NCBI GenBank assembly: GCA_028718635.1
Contig: JAQULK010000001.1
Coordinates: forward strand, 316,692-380,691
Length of the DNA stretch: 64,000 nt
DNA from: Minisyncoccota bacterium
Lineage (GTDB): Bacteria; Patescibacteriota; Minisyncoccia; Phycocordibacterales; UBA9973
Direction: 5' to 3'
The position numbers and the translations under genes are program-made. Shown here one piece after another: positions 28,574 to 39,946 of the stretch (its first letter is position 1; each line of letters starts with the position of its first letter). Under the pieces are notes generated by a model. That model saw only the letters and a list, made by a program, of their open reading frames with translations, searched no databases and had not been told where the DNA came from.

Positions 28574-31500
28574 ATGAAAACTTTAAACACAACTGAATTT
28601 GAGCAAATCGCTATTAGGCTTGCATCGCCTGAGCAAATCAAGGAATGGTCTTTTGGAGAAGTTACCAAACCGGAAACTATAAATTATCGCACCGGCAGAT
28701 CCGAGAGAGGAGGCTTGTTTGACGAGAAGATCTTTGGTCCTGAAAAGGATTATGAGTGTTATTGCGGAAAATATCGCCGAATTCGTTATAAAGACATTAT
28801 TTGTGAAAAATGCGGAGTGGAAGTTACACGTTCTATCGTTAGAAGAGAGCGCATGGGGCACATCGAGCTTTCTACCCCCGTTTCGCATATTTGGTTTTTG
28901 CGCGGAGTTCCTTCCCGAATGAGCATTCTTTTGAATATATCTGTTTCTGATCTTGAGAAAGTCATATATTTCGCGGGGTACATCATTACCAAGGTACACG
29001 AAGAAGAAAAAGAAGCAATTCTTTCCGGCTTAGACAAAGAGTACAAAATAAAATTAAAAAATTCTTCTGATGATGAAACTCGGGAAAAATTAAAAAATCT
29101 GCTTTCTATTACCAAGAAAGAAATTGGAGAAATTTATGAAGGAAAAGTTTTAAATGAAATTTCCTTTCATCATTATTCTTTAAAATACGGGACTTGTTTT
29201 GAAGCTAATATTGGAGCTGAAGCTATTTATTCTATTTTCAAAAATCTAGATTTAAATAAACTAAAAAATCTTACAGAAAAAATGCTTGTGGACGCTAGCG
29301 CAGTTGAAAAAGATAAACTACAAAAAAGGCTTTCCCTCATCCGCGCGATGACTTACGCGGGCATTCGACCAGAATGGATGTTTTTGACTGTTATTCCAGT
29401 CATTCCGCCGGTTTTGCGTCCGATGGTGGCCCTAGACGGTGGGCGCCATGCTTCAAGTGATTTAAATGATCTTTATCGCCGTGTCATAAATAGAAACAAT
29501 CGCTTAAAGAAATTAAAAGAAATTAATGCTCCGGATGTCATTTTAAGAAATGAAAAACGCATTATTCAAGAAGCAGTAGACGCTCTTATCGACAACTCGA
29601 TCGCCAAGCAAAATGATTCTGTGGCAATGAGCCAGTCTCAGAAACGTCCTCTCAAATCACTCTCCGATAACCTAAAATCCAAACAAGGCCTTTTCCGCCA
29701 AAATCTTTTAGGAAAACGAGTGGATTATTCAGGCCGCAGCGTCATTGTCGTCGGTCCTGAACTCAAATTAAATCAATGCGGGTTGCCAAAGCATATGGCT
29801 CTCGAGCTTTTCCGACCGTTTGTAATTTCAAAAATTTTACAAGCAGAACTTGCATTTAATATTCGCGGAGCAAACAAACTCATAGAAGAGCGTTCCCCTG
29901 AAGTGTGGGCAATATTAGAAGAAGTTATCCAAGGCAAATACGTGCTTCTTAACCGTGCACCGACTTTGCATCGCTTGGGTATTCAAGCTTTTAACCCAAT
30001 TTTAATTGAAGGAAATGCTATTCAAGTTCATCCGCTTGTTTGTCAGGCTTTCAACGCCGACTTCGACGGAGACCAGATGGCAGTGTATGTACCATTACTT
30101 GAAGAAGCGCAATTCGAAGCAAAAGAATTAATGGCATCGAATAAAAATTTGCTTAAACCCCAAAACGGAGATCCGATAGTACATCCTCGCATGGACATGG
30201 TGCTTGGCAGTTATTGGATGACCAAATCGGTTGATGGGGAAGTCGGTGAAGGCAAATATTTTCCCAATCCAAATACTGCTATAACCGCTTCTGACTATGG
30301 TATTGTTTCTCTTCGTGCCAAAATAAAGGTTCTAGCAACTGATACGCATAAATACAGAAAATTTAATGGAGGGATTTTTGAAACTTCTGTCGGCAAACTT
30401 CTCTTCAATAGTATTTTGCCGAATGATTTTTCTTATGTGAATGATGAAATGACTCAAAACAGACTTTCTTCTCTTTTAGATGAGATTATCGTTCATTCCG
30501 GAGTGGAAAATACTCCTCATATTTTGGATAAGATCAAAGCATTTGGATTCAAGTATTCTACGGTTTCTGGCACCACCTGGGGATTGGACAATACTAAAGT
30601 TCCTGAAGAAAAGAAAAAAATCATAGAAGAAGGCAAGAAATTAGAAGCCGATATGGTGGCGCAGTGGAGCGAGGGTCTGCTTTCTTTGGATGAAAGATAC
30701 CAAAAGATTATCGAGATCTGGACGCAGGTTAAGAAAAATCTAGAAAAAATCCTGCCAAATACGCTTGATAAAAAAGGTTCTACTTATGATTTATTTACTT
30801 CCAAAGCGAGAGGTACGATGAGCAGTTTGATGCAAATGACGGGGATGATTGGCCTTATCCAAAACAATCAGGGTAAAATTCTAGAATTTCCAATTATTCC
30901 TTGTTACCAAGAGGGTCTTTCTCCGATTGAATATTTCGTTATTACTCACGGTGCTCGTAAGGGCGCGTCTGATACGGCGCTCAATACTGCAAAAGCCGGA
31001 TATTTGACTCGAAGACTGGTAGATGTGGCTCAAGATGTGGTGATCACTGAAGAAGATTGCGGTACCAAAGAAGGCAAAATAGTTACCAAAGAAAATATTT
31101 CCGGAATTGAAATCCCGCTTTCTAAAAATATTCGAGGACGAGTTCTGGCGAAAGATTTAAAAGACAAAGATGGGAATGTTGTTTATAGCAGAGGATTTTT
31201 AATCACCAAAGAAGAAGCTTACAATATTGAAGGAGCAGGTTTTACCGAGGTATTCGTGCGTTCCCCTCTTACTTGTAAAACAGCGCATGGCCTTTGTGTC
31301 AATTGTTACGGACTTGATTTAGGGCGAAATCGTTTAGTAGAGCTTGGCGAGGCTGTCGGTATAATTGCCGCTCAAGCTATCGGAGAACCTGGTACTCAGT
31401 TGACGCTCCGCACTTTCCACGCTGGAGGTGTGGCAGGAACAGACATCACCACAGGCTTGCCTCGTGTTGAAGAAATTTTTGAAAGACGTATTCCTAAAAA

Positions 31501-32194
31501 CCCCGCTATTATTTCCGAGACTGACGGAGAAGTAATCTCTATTACAAGCAAGGAAGGTAAAGAAAATGTAAAAGAAAAAATAATTAAAGTGTTATCTGAC
31601 AGTAAAGCCGATGGCAAAGCAAATGAGATAGAATATCTGGTGGCCTTTCGCAGAACGCCTATTGTCAAAGTCGGGGATGCGGTAAAGAAGGGGCAGCTTT
31701 TAACTGACGGGTCAGCCGATATTGCCGAGATGTTCAGATTGGGAAATAAAGAATTAGTGGAAGAATATATTATTGAAGAAATTAATAAAGTTTATGAGCT
31801 TCAAAGCGCTTCAATTTCTAGAAAACACACTGAAATTATTATTCGTCAAATGTTTTCACGCAGAAAAATAAAAGATGCCGGTGAGACCAATTTTTCTGCC
31901 GGAGACATAGTTGAGAATACCGCTTTCATAGAAGAAAATGCCAGAGTGAAAGAAATAGATGGAAAAGAAGCAAAAGCGGAGATAGTAGTGCTCGGTATTA
32001 CGGAAGTTTCTCTCCGCACCAAGAGCTGGCTCTCAGCTGCGTCATTCCAAAATACTAATCGTGTCTTAATAGAAAATGCCATCAAGGGCGGCGTGGATTC
32101 GCTCCGAGGTCTAAAAGAAAATGTCATCATCGGACGCTTGATTCCAGCCGGAACAGGGTTTAAGAATAAGTTTGTGAGCGCAAAAGAAGAATAA
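28574..32194 (+). CDS. rpoC: DNA-directed RNA polymerase beta' subunit (reduced length)
   Basis: Zn-finger [20 protein letters not shown]; catalytic NADFDGD. Confidence 0.95.
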   Translation: MKTLNTTEFEQIAIRLASPEQIKEWSFGEVTKPETINYRTGRSERGGLFDEKIFGPEKDYECYCGKYRRIRYKDIICEKCGVEVTRSIVRRERMGHIELSTPVSHIWFLRGVPSRMSILLNISVSDLEKVIYFAGYIITKVHEEEKEAILSGLDKEYKIKLKNSSDDETREKLKNLLSITKKEIGEIYEGKVLNEISFHHYSLKYGTCFEANIGAEAIYSIFKNLDLNKLKNLTEKMLVDASAVEKDKLQKRLSLIRAMTYAGIRPEWMFLTVIPVIPPVLRPMVALDGGRHASSDLNDLYRRVINRNNRLKKLKEINAPDVILRNEKRIIQEAVDALIDNSIAKQNDSVAMSQSQKRPLKSLSDNLKSKQGLFRQNLLGKRVDYSGRSVIVVGPELKLNQCGLPKHMALELFRPFVISKILQAELAFNIRGANKLIEERSPEVWAILEEVIQGKYVLLNRAPTLHRLGIQAFNPILIEGNAIQVHPLVCQAFNADFDGDQMAVYVPLLEEAQFEAKELMASNKNLLKPQNGDPIVHPRMDMVLGSYWMTKSVDGEVGEGKYFPNPNTAITASDYGIVSLRAKIKVLATDTHKYRKFNGGIFETSVGKLLFNSILPNDFSYVNDEMTQNRLSSLLDEIIVHSGVENTPHILDKIKAFGFKYSTVSGTTWGLDNTKVPEEKKKIIEEGKKLEADMVAQWSEGLLSLDERYQKIIEIWTQVKKNLEKILPNTLDKKGSTYDLFTSKARGTMSSLMQMTGMIGLIQNNQGKILEFPIIPCYQEGLSPIEYFVITHGARKGASDTALNTAKAGYLTRRLVDVAQDVVITEEDCGTKEGKIVTKENISGIEIPLSKNIRGRVLAKDLKDKDGNVVYSRGFLITKEEAYNIEGAGFTEVFVRSPLTCKTAHGLCVNCYGLDLGRNRLVELGEAVGIIAAQAIGEPGTQLTLRTFHAGGVAGTDITTGLPRVEEIFERRIPKNPAIISETDGEVISITSKEGKENVKEKIIKVLSDSKADGKANEIEYLVAFRRTPIVKVGDAVKKGQLLTDGSADIAEMFRLGNKELVEEYIIEEINKVYELQSASISRKHTEIIIRQMFSRRKIKDAGETNFSAGDIVENTAFIEENARVKEIDGKEAKAEIVVLGITEVSLRTKSWLSAASFQNTNRVLIENAIKGGVDSLRGLKENVIIGRLIPAGTGFKNKFVSAKEE

Positions 32195-32199
32195 AAATT

Positions 32200-34053
32200 A
32201 TGAACTCTCCTGTCCAACAAATTAAGGAGAGGCTATCAATTGAAGAAGTAGTCTCTTCTTATATAAAGCTAGAAAAGGCAGGCGCAAACCTAAAAGCAAA
32301 ATGCCCGTTTCATAACGAAAAAACTCCTTCCTTTTTTATTTCCCCTGATCGAGGCACTTACTATTGTTTTGGATGCGGGGTAAAGGGCGATATTTTTACT
32401 TTCGTAGAAGAATTTGAAGGTCTTGATTTTAGAGGAGCTCTTAAATTGCTTGCCAGCAGAGCGGGAATTGTTTTGGAATCTTACAATCCGAAAGATCAAA
32501 GAAATCAGAGCGAAAAAGAAAGATTATATGAAGTCATGGAAGAAGCGACTGTTTTTTTTGAGAAGAATTTAAAAGAAAATCCGGAAGTTTCATCTTATCT
32601 AAAAAATAGGGGGCTGAATGATGAAAGTATAAAAAATTTCCGTATTGGTTTTGCCTTATTGGAGTGGCGTAAACTTTATGATTATTTAAAATCTAAAAAT
32701 TTTTCTGACAGTGAAATAGAAAAAGCAGGACTTGCAAAGACCCCCTCCGCCGTTGGCACCTCCCCCTTGATAAGGGGGAGGCTGGGTGGGGGTCTGTATG
32801 ACAGATTTCGTGGACGAATAATGTTTCCTATCTCGGATTCTAGCGGACGGGTTATTGCTTTTTCCGGAAGAATCTTTGTTGATGACGGAAAGTCTGCGAA
32901 ATACCTAAATAGCCCTGAAACTTCTATCTTTAATAAATCCGCTGTTCTTTTCGGCATAGATAAAGCTAAAGACCCCATTCGGAAAAATGACTTTTCTATC
33001 TTAGTTGAAGGTCAAATGGATTTGATTTTATCTCACCAAGCAGGATTTAAAAATACCGTAGCTTCCTCGGGGACAGCCATGACTGATTCAGTATTGTCAA
33101 AAGAAAATATTATAAATAACCTAGGACTTATCACCAGATTGTCAAAGAACATGGTCCTTGCTTATGATGCTGATAGAGCGGGGGTGAGTGCGACTAACCG
33201 TTTTGCTAAGATTGCATTATCTTTGGGTATGGATGTAAAGGTGGCAGATATACCCGAGGGAATGGATCCGGCTGATTTGATTTCCCGTGGCTATAGCCAA
33301 ATGGGCGAGGCAAAAGTTGGAGTGGATGCCTGGCGGGAAGCGATAAGGAATTCGAAACATTTTATCGAATTTATGCTGCTGAGGATCTTAAAAGATACTA
33401 ATTCTGACAATAGAAAGGCTGGCAGGGAAATAAAGGAACGCTTGCTTCCTTTTGTGAATGAGATAGAAAGCTCCATAGAAAAATCACATTTCATTACATT
33501 AATCAGTAATAAATCAGGGATTCCTGAAAATGCCCTGATGGAAGATTTGAAAAAAGTAGAAACTGAATTTAAGAATGAAAAAGAAGATATCAAAATCGCC
33601 AAAGAAAATATAGAGAAAAAATTAAGAAAAGACCCGATCGAGCGAAGGCTTTTAGGTATAGCTTTTTGGCAAGAGAGTCTGTCGGACGTTGGACGTCCGA
33701 AATTCGGACGTCCAACGTCCGACAAAACGTCCGACAAACCTAGAATTGATCCAGAATTGATTTTTAAAAAATTAGAAAAAGCAAAAGAAAATGTTAAAGA
33801 AAAATATAAAGACAGGAGAGAGGATTTGATTTATGAGGTAGAAGAATTTTACTCAAATAATGAAAATCTGGAAAAAGACGTAGAGGAAATGCTGCTCAAT
33901 ATAGAGGAAGAATATTTAAATGAAGAATTTAGCATTAAGATGATAGAATACCAGAATTGCAAAGATAAAATAGAAAAGGAAGAAATTTTTAAAAAAATAA
34001 GTGAAATAACAAAAAGAAAAGAAGATATTAAAAATAGTCGTATAAGAAAATAA
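32200..34053 (+). CDS. dnaG: DNA primase carrying two in-frame palindromic insertions
   Basis: Zn-ribbon CPFHNEKTPSFFISPDRGTYYCFGCG; TOPRIM EGQMDLI. Confidence 0.9.
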   Translation: MNSPVQQIKERLSIEEVVSSYIKLEKAGANLKAKCPFHNEKTPSFFISPDRGTYYCFGCGVKGDIFTFVEEFEGLDFRGALKLLASRAGIVLESYNPKDQRNQSEKERLYEVMEEATVFFEKNLKENPEVSSYLKNRGLNDESIKNFRIGFALLEWRKLYDYLKSKNFSDSEIEKAGLAKTPSAVGTSPLIRGRLGGGLYDRFRGRIMFPISDSSGRVIAFSGRIFVDDGKSAKYLNSPETSIFNKSAVLFGIDKAKDPIRKNDFSILVEGQMDLILSHQAGFKNTVASSGTAMTDSVLSKENIINNLGLITRLSKNMVLAYDADRAGVSATNRFAKIALSLGMDVKVADIPEGMDPADLISRGYSQMGEAKVGVDAWREAIRNSKHFIEFMLLRILKDTNSDNRKAGREIKERLLPFVNEIESSIEKSHFITLISNKSGIPENALMEDLKKVETEFKNEKEDIKIAKENIEKKLRKDPIERRLLGIAFWQESLSDVGRPKFGRPTSDKTSDKPRIDPELIFKKLEKAKENVKEKYKDRREDLIYEVEEFYSNNENLEKDVEEMLLNIEEEYLNEEFSIKMIEYQNCKDKIEKEEIFKKISEITKRKEDIKNSRIRK

Positions 34054-34081
34054 ACTACGAGCTTAACGGTACATAAAATAT

Positions 34082-35350
34082 ATGAAAAAAATAAAAAACA
34101 AAAAGAAAATAAAAAAGGCAGTAAGAAAAGTTGTAAAAAAGATAAAAAAAGTTCAGAAAAAGCAAAAGATACCTGCCCGCAATGCTACGCATAGCGTTGC
34201 AGGCGGGAAGAAAATGAAAAAGACAGCAAAGAAGAGCAAGACTGTCAAAAAAGAAAAAATTAAAAAATTGTCTTCTGCCGAGAAAAAGGCTGAAAAATTA
34301 GATGCTTTGGCAAATAGTCTTATAGAAAAAGGAAGAAAACGCGGATTTATCACTTATGATGAGATATTGAAAACTTTTCCGGATATTGAAAACAATATTT
34401 TATTTTTGGATGAGCTTTATGAAAAGTTTTCAATAGCTTCCATTGATGTTCTAGAAGGAGGAAATTTACTCAATTTAGATATTGATCTAAATGATAAAGA
34501 TTTGAATAAAGGGAATATGCATGATTCTATCCAGATGTATTTGAAGGAGATAGGGCAGTATCCTTTAATTTACGCTAGTGATGAAAAAGATTTAGCCAAG
34601 CGCATTGAGCATGGTGATGTAGAAGCGAAGAACTTATTAGCACGGGCAAATTTGCGTCTGGTTGTTTCTATCGCAAAAAAATACGTGGGCAGAAGTGCGA
34701 ATTTGACCTTGCTTGATTTGATTCAAGAAGGGAACCTCGGATTGTTTAAGGCGGTTGAAAAATTTGATTGGACTAAAGGCTATAAATTTTCTACTTATGC
34801 CACTTGGTGGATTCGCCAGTCTATCACTCGGGCATTAGCAGATCAGTCTAGAACCATTCGTATTCCGGTGCACATGGTAGAGACAATTTCTAAATATAAG
34901 CAAACCCATCGCCGGCTTTCTCAGGACTTGGGTAGAGAACCGCTTGCTGAAGAGATTGCGACTGAAATGGGTATCCCAGTTGAAAAAATTCATGTCATTG
35001 AAAACATCTCGCAGGAAACAGTCTCCCTCGAACAGCCAGTCGGAGATGATGATGATAAATCTACACTAGAGAATTTCATTCCGGACGATAAGATTTTACG
35101 TCCAGATCAAGAATCTTCTAGAAGAATTCTATCTGATCAAATCCGGGAAGTGCTAGATGAATTAAACCCAAAAGAAAGAAAAATTTTAGAAATGCGTTAT
35201 GGTTTGCTCGATGGCATTCAGCACACCTTGGAAAGGGTGGGGGAAGAGTTTGGAGTAACCCGTGAGCGTATTCGTCAAATCGAAGCGAAAGTTCACGAAA
35301 AACTCCGCCAACACGAAAAGATCGCCAGACTAAAAAATTACTTTGATTAA
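34082..35350 (+). CDS. rpoD: RNA polymerase sigma-70 factor with a highly basic Lys-rich N-terminal extension (about 75 aa)
   Basis: Regions 1.2-4.2 conserved ([11 protein letters not shown] ... [24 protein letters not shown]). Confidence 0.9.
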   Translation: MKKIKNKKKIKKAVRKVVKKIKKVQKKQKIPARNATHSVAGGKKMKKTAKKSKTVKKEKIKKLSSAEKKAEKLDALANSLIEKGRKRGFITYDEILKTFPDIENNILFLDELYEKFSIASIDVLEGGNLLNLDIDLNDKDLNKGNMHDSIQMYLKEIGQYPLIYASDEKDLAKRIEHGDVEAKNLLARANLRLVVSIAKKYVGRSANLTLLDLIQEGNLGLFKAVEKFDWTKGYKFSTYATWWIRQSITRALADQSRTIRIPVHMVETISKYKQTHRRLSQDLGREPLAEEIATEMGIPVEKIHVIENISQETVSLEQPVGDDDDKSTLENFIPDDKILRPDQESSRRILSDQIREVLDELNPKERKILEMRYGLLDGIQHTLERVGEEFGVTRERIRQIEAKVHEKLRQHEKIARLKNYFD

Positions 35351-36127
35351 TTATTGCAACGCAGAATCGATTTTTGGTTTTACTGTGCTCCAGGATTCTG
35401 CTCCATCTATAGTTCCTGCAATCTTATTATCTCTTAATATAAATCCTTTTGGAGTGCCAGTTACACCAGCGGTAGTTCCTTCAGTTTTAGAATCCGTAAC
35501 AGCTTCCGTATATTTGCCACTATCCAGACATTTATTAAACTCGGATGTGTCTAACCCAAGTGTCTTCGCGAAAAATTTTAAATTAGTATCCGAGAAGCCT
35601 CCCTTATTTTCTCCATTTTGGTGTCCATAGAGATAGTTATAATATTCCCAAAATTTTCCCTGATCTCCAGCGCACCTTGCGGCCTCGGAGGCTTTCACGG
35701 ATTCTGGACCGAGAAAAGTAAAATCTCTGTAAACAAACAAAACTTTCCCAGTATTTACATAATTATTTATAATCTCAGGCATAAAAGGAGTCCATGTGGG
35801 ATCATTTTTTTTAAGATAATCCATTACGGGTTTCATGGAAGGTGAGTTGAGCTCAAGTCCAGTTACTGCTCCGCAAAACGGACATTGAAAATCTTCATAC
35901 ATAATGAGAGTGACTTTTGCTTGCGGGTTTCCTAGGGTTTTATCTTCTTTTCCGACTGGTGCCAAGGTAGCAGTTGTTACTGGAATTCCATTTATTACTG
36001 GAACCCCTTTCTCATTTGCTTGGGGATTTTTAGGGATTGAGCTGCCTTTTAGTAAAATTGCTCCAGCTATTAAGACTCCTACTATAATAATTGCACTAAC
36101 TATTGATTTTTGACTATTATTTTCCAT
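35351..36127 (-). CDS. DsbA-like thiol:disulfide oxidoreductase (secreted or anchored)
   Basis: CPFCG thioredoxin-fold active site; signal/TM N-terminus. Confidence 0.75.
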   Translation of the reverse strand: MENNSQKSIVSAIIIVGVLIAGAILLKGSSIPKNPQANEKGVPVINGIPVTTATLAPVGKEDKTLGNPQAKVTLIMYEDFQCPFCGAVTGLELNSPSMKPVMDYLKKNDPTWTPFMPEIINNYVNTGKVLFVYRDFTFLGPESVKASEAARCAGDQGKFWEYYNYLYGHQNGENKGGFSDTNLKFFAKTLGLDTSEFNKCLDSGKYTEAVTDSKTEGTTAGVTGTPKGFILRDNKIAGTIDGAESWSTVKPKIDSALQ

Positions 36128-36218
36128 ATTTCTTTAATTAAATTTGTAATACACTATTGTAGCATATTTTATAAAAAGTAGTATAATATGGGTATTAATA
36201 ATTTAATTAATAAAATAT

Positions 36219-36512
36219 ATGGATATGAATAAATGCAAAGGTATGTGTGTCTGTTCTAAGATTGGTAAAATCCTATTAATCATAGGAGGCTTAAATTGGG
36301 GCTTAGTCGGTATTGGAATGTTGATAGGCAGTGGGGATTCATGGAATGTCGTTCGAATGATTTTTGGAACAATGCCAGTGGTTGAAGGAATAATTTATGT
36401 TCTTGTGGGTATTGCAGCCATCATGGGTATTTTTGGTTGCAGATGCAAGAAAAATATGGAAGCGCGCGCTGCTTGTTGCGGAGGGGTAGAAAAGATGGAA
36501 GGAAAGATGTAA
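36219..36512 (+). CDS. DUF378-family small membrane protein with a Cys-rich C-terminal tail
   Basis: GGLNWGLVG motif. Confidence 0.6.
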   Translation: MDMNKCKGMCVCSKIGKILLIIGGLNWGLVGIGMLIGSGDSWNVVRMIFGTMPVVEGIIYVLVGIAAIMGIFGCRCKKNMEARAACCGGVEKMEGKM

Positions 36513-36530
36513 TTTGAGCATATTTAAGTT

Positions 36531-36566
36531 GCAAAACTCCTCCGACCCAGGTCGGAGGAGTTTTGC
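36531..36566 (+). terminator. Rho-independent terminator (stem ctcctccgac / gtcggaggag, loop cca, then TTTTG; A-tract upstream makes it bidirectional)
   Basis: Perfect 10-16 bp stem plus U-tract. Confidence 0.7.
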
Positions 36567-36602
36567 GTTAAAGCCTAAAAAATGCTATGATATTGCCAGT
36601 AG

Positions 36603-37847
36603 ATGACTTCAATTTTTGACCTTATATTTTATATTTTGATCTTTTTATCTGTCTACGCGCAGGTGTTTTTTCTTATTACTTTTCTTGAGAATAGAAAAAA
36701 AATAGTCATCAGAAATGGAAAAATAACCTTAAAGGATTATCCGGCTGTGACTATTGCCGTGCCTTGTTGGAATGAAGAAAATACAGTTGAAAAAACAGTA
36801 AATTCTTTGCTCGGTTTGAATTATCCGAAAGACAAGCTTCAAATATTTTTGATTGACGATGGTTCTACGGACGGCACCTTCGAGGTGATAAATAAGTTTA
36901 AAGATTTTACAAATATAAAAGTTTTTCAAAAAGAAAACGGAGGCAAGTTTACCGCGCTCAATTTAGCGCTCGAGCATTGTGAGACGGATTTCTTCGGCGG
37001 TCTTGATGCTGATTCTTTTGCAGATTCCGAATCCCTTATTCGTATTATGAGTTATTTTGAAAAAGATTCTAACATTATGGCGGTCGTTCCGTCTGTGATT
37101 GTTTCTAACTCAAAAAATATTCTAAAAAAGGCGCAAAAAGCCGAATACAGCATGGGTGTTTATTTCAAAAAAATGCTTTGTTTTCTGGGAGCTATCAACG
37201 TAACTCCGGGGCCGATGACGATCTTTAAGAAAAAAGTTTTTGATAATTTAGGAGGTTACTGCCATGGTCACAATACGGAAGACATGGAGATCGCTTACCG
37301 TATGCAAAAAAATAGATATATAATAGAACATTGCAATGACGCATATATTTATACAAACACTCCTGAAACAGCCAAAAAGCTCTACAAACAAAGGATCCGT
37401 TGGATTTATGGTTTTATTAACAACACCATAGATTATCGAAAAGTTTTATTTAAGAAAAAATACGGGAACTTCGCTCTTTTCACTTTACCTTTGGGTGTTA
37501 TCTCTATATTTTCCATTGTTTATCTTTTTGGAAGAATCGTTTATAATTTTGGAAATTTCCTATATACAAAGATTATTCAATTTGAGACAGTCGGCTTTAT
37601 TTTTAAATTGAAAAGTTTTGTTTTTGATCCTTTTTTCATAAATACGCAGTTCTTTGTATTCTTGTTTCTCTCTATTTATATTTTGGTGATTTTTGCCATG
37701 ATCTTGGGGCAGAAAATGACAGAAGGGAAGTGGAGCTTGTCTTTAGATATGGTTTATTTCTTTCCAGTTTTTACTATCATTGCCCCATTTTGGCTTATTA
37801 GGGCATTTTATAATACGCTTATCCAGCGAAAGCCAGCCTGGAGATAG
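36603..37847 (+). CDS. Family-2 membrane glycosyltransferase (processive, cellulose/chitin-synthase-like)
   Basis: DDGSTDGT, DAD, QRIRWIYG (QxxRW) motifs. Confidence 0.8.
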   Translation: MTSIFDLIFYILIFLSVYAQVFFLITFLENRKKIVIRNGKITLKDYPAVTIAVPCWNEENTVEKTVNSLLGLNYPKDKLQIFLIDDGSTDGTFEVINKFKDFTNIKVFQKENGGKFTALNLALEHCETDFFGGLDADSFADSESLIRIMSYFEKDSNIMAVVPSVIVSNSKNILKKAQKAEYSMGVYFKKMLCFLGAINVTPGPMTIFKKKVFDNLGGYCHGHNTEDMEIAYRMQKNRYIIEHCNDAYIYTNTPETAKKLYKQRIRWIYGFINNTIDYRKVLFKKKYGNFALFTLPLGVISIFSIVYLFGRIVYNFGNFLYTKIIQFETVGFIFKLKSFVFDPFFINTQFFVFLFLSIYILVIFAMILGQKMTEGKWSLSLDMVYFFPVFTIIAPFWLIRAFYNTLIQRKPAWR

Positions 37848-37883
37848 AATCAATTTAAAATTACGAATTACGAATTTAAAATT

Positions 37884-38591
37884 ATGAACTCAAATAATAT
37901 AGATTGGAAAAAATATTTGATTGTATTGCTGATAACCGCCGGGCTTTTTATAACTGCTATTTATTTGAGCAATTATTTTGGCAATCAAAAAATCAATCAA
38001 TTAAAAACAATTCAAGATAAAATAGCTATAGATATATTGTCTTCCGAAACTCAATTTTCTCTTCTCTCTGAACTTTCTTGTAAAAGCATTTCTGATTCTG
38101 TTTTTTCGAGCGAGCTCGGAGAACTCGGCAGCAAGCTAGAATGGAGCGAAAACAATTTAGGTTCTTCGGCTACAGACGAAGTGACTTATTTAAAGAAGTA
38201 CTATTCTTTATTGCAAATTAAAGATTATTTGCTGACGAAAAAGATTTCTTCAAGATGTGGAACAAAGTCTGCCTTTATTCTCTATTTTTATACTACCGCC
38301 CAAAACTGCAGTGATTGCGAGAAGCAAGGCCTAGTGCTTTCGACGCTTCGTTCGGAATATCCCGAGCTTCGCGTGTATTCTTTTGATTACAGTACCGATC
38401 TTTCCGCTGTTACCTCTATGCTTCAGATTTATAAAATAAAAGACACAGAGCTTCCTGCTTTAGTCATAGACGATGAGGTGTTGACCGGTTTCCAAAGCTT
38501 AATAGATCTAGAAAATCGAGTTCAAGAATCTTTCAAGCTCCAGCAGGGAACACCAACTCAACAAAAAGTTTCAACGCCTAAGAAACAATAA
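37884..38591 (+). CDS. Membrane-anchored hypothetical protein with a possible thioredoxin-like CxxC (NCSDCEKQG)
   Basis: Single N-terminal TM; no firm motif. Confidence 0.4.
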   Translation: MNSNNIDWKKYLIVLLITAGLFITAIYLSNYFGNQKINQLKTIQDKIAIDILSSETQFSLLSELSCKSISDSVFSSELGELGSKLEWSENNLGSSATDEVTYLKKYYSLLQIKDYLLTKKISSRCGTKSAFILYFYTTAQNCSDCEKQGLVLSTLRSEYPELRVYSFDYSTDLSAVTSMLQIYKIKDTELPALVIDDEVLTGFQSLIDLENRVQESFKLQQGTPTQQKVSTPKKQ

Positions 38592-38600
38592 ACGAATTTC

Positions 38601-38676
38601 TGGAGCCGCCTCTCGGATTCGAACCGAGGACCTTCACTTTACAAAAGTGTTGCTCTACCAACTGAGCTAAGGCGGC
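38601..38676 (-). tRNA. tRNA-Thr (anticodon UGU), CCA encoded
   Basis: Reverse complement folds into a cloverleaf: GCCGCCT acceptor, GGTTCGAATCC T-arm, anticodon loop TTTGTAA. Confidence 0.85.
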
Positions 38677-38687
38677 AATTATTTTTT

Positions 38688-39122
38688 TTACAAATTCTCT
38701 TCTTCCCTTATTTTGTGTCTTATTTCTCTGATTTTTTGTTTGTATTCTGAGATGATTTTTAAGAATTTTGGGACTTCTTGTTTTTCTTTTATCACACTAT
38801 TACTTCTTATTTTTTTACAGTAGATTTCTTTTATTTTTATTTTTACTTGTTCGTATTTATTTTTTATAAAATTGGAAGATCTGACATAAATTCTAACAAT
38901 TGTGACCAGCCCAGTGTATCTGTGTTTCTTGATTGTTTTGACAGCGGAATGTTTTAACTCTTCGAAATATTGCGCTTTTAAAAAAGTTTCCTCATTGTCA
39001 TTGTAGGATATTTGTCCGCTCTGAAGCATCAACAGCTTCTTTCCGATCATGAAAGTGATTCCAATAAATGATCCAAAAAACAAAATTAAAATAAGATACA
39101 TATTGTTTATTATATTGAACAA
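38688..39122 (-). CDS. Hypothetical membrane-anchored protein
   Basis: ORF with an N-terminal TM segment. Confidence 0.35.
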   Translation of the reverse strand: MFNIINNMYLILILFFGSFIGITFMIGKKLLMLQSGQISYNDNEETFLKAQYFEELKHSAVKTIKKHRYTGLVTIVRIYVRSSNFIKNKYEQVKIKIKEIYCKKIRSNSVIKEKQEVPKFLKIISEYKQKIREIRHKIREEENL

Positions 39123-39901
39123 ACCTTTACTTCTTTGATTTTTGCGTGATTATTTTCTAGAAGCTTGCCCACTGTTATCTCTCCATCTTTTATAAATATT
39201 TGGTTAACTAAGGTTTTTTCTTTGAAATAGGTTGCCATTTTTCCATCCAACATCTTTTTCTTTATTTCTGCAGGCTTGTCGACATTAGCAACTTCTTTTT
39301 CGAAAATCTCTTGCATTGTTTTTTTAGCATCGTCAGTTATTTCTGCTTCTGTAATATATTCTGGTTTCATGGCGGTTATGTGCATGGCTACATCTTTTGC
39401 GAGCTCTGCATTGCCTCCTTCTAATGAAACAATCACCCCTGTCTTATTGTTGTGGACATAATTTCCCAACACGCTCCCCATTACTTCGTACACATCGCCC
39501 AATTGAATATTTTCTCCAGTTTTTTGAATTATGGGATTTATTATATCTTTTGCATCCATTTTTATTTTTTCCACTCCTTCCTCTAATGCTTTATTGGCGA
39601 GAGTTTCAAGCAAGGCCACAAAGTCTTCGTTTTTAGCGACGAAATCAGTTTCGCAAAGCAGGGAAATCAATACTGCTTTATTCGTTTCGTCTTCATTTTT
39701 GACTTTTATTGCCACTCTTCCCTCAGAGACTGCGCGATTGACTTTCTTTAATGCGATGTCCGAACTAGTCTTTTTTAGGATAGCCAGAGCTTTTTTCATA
39801 TCACCCTCAGCTTCTTCGAGAGCGTGTTTGCATTGCATTACTGAGATGCCCGTGGCATCTCTTAATTCCTTTATCTGTTCAGTTGTTATTTGTATTGACA
39901 T
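39110..39901 (-). CDS. tsf: Elongation factor Ts
   Basis: N-terminal UBA-like ITTEQIKELRDATGISVMQCKHALEEAEGDMKKA. Confidence 0.88.
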   Translation of the reverse strand: MSIQITTEQIKELRDATGISVMQCKHALEEAEGDMKKALAILKKTSSDIALKKVNRAVSEGRVAIKVKNEDETNKAVLISLLCETDFVAKNEDFVALLETLANKALEEGVEKIKMDAKDIINPIIQKTGENIQLGDVYEVMGSVLGNYVHNNKTGVIVSLEGGNAELAKDVAMHITAMKPEYITEAEITDDAKKTMQEIFEKEVANVDKPAEIKKKMLDGKMATYFKEKTLVNQIFIKDGEITVGKLLENNHAKIKEVKVCSI

Positions 39902-39946
39902 AATAAAAACTCTTTTACCTGCCTGCCGGCAGGCAGGTTTGCTCTG

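Noticed and set aside
25399-32194. Numerous 60-150 aa ORFs antisense to or frame-shifted within rpoB/rpoC (for example 26752..27090, 27492..27842, 28583..28999, 31846..32220), and similar ones inside gyrB, the helicase, thrS, rnr and the smc-like gene
   Set aside because: They are fully embedded in long, well-supported housekeeping CDSs, have no RBS or motif, and show low-complexity translations typical of shadow ORFs.
35343-35630. ORF 35343..35630 (+, 95 aa) and 35618..36113 plus-strand ORFs
   Set aside because: They are antisense to the well-supported DsbA-like gene (CPFCG motif).
36541-36556. Shared motif CCGACCCAGGTCGG in the terminator at 36531..36566 and inside RNase P RNA (about 54549..54562)
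   Set aside because: It is a short GC hairpin with a CCA loop and likely coincidental. There is not enough extended similarity to call it a repeat family.
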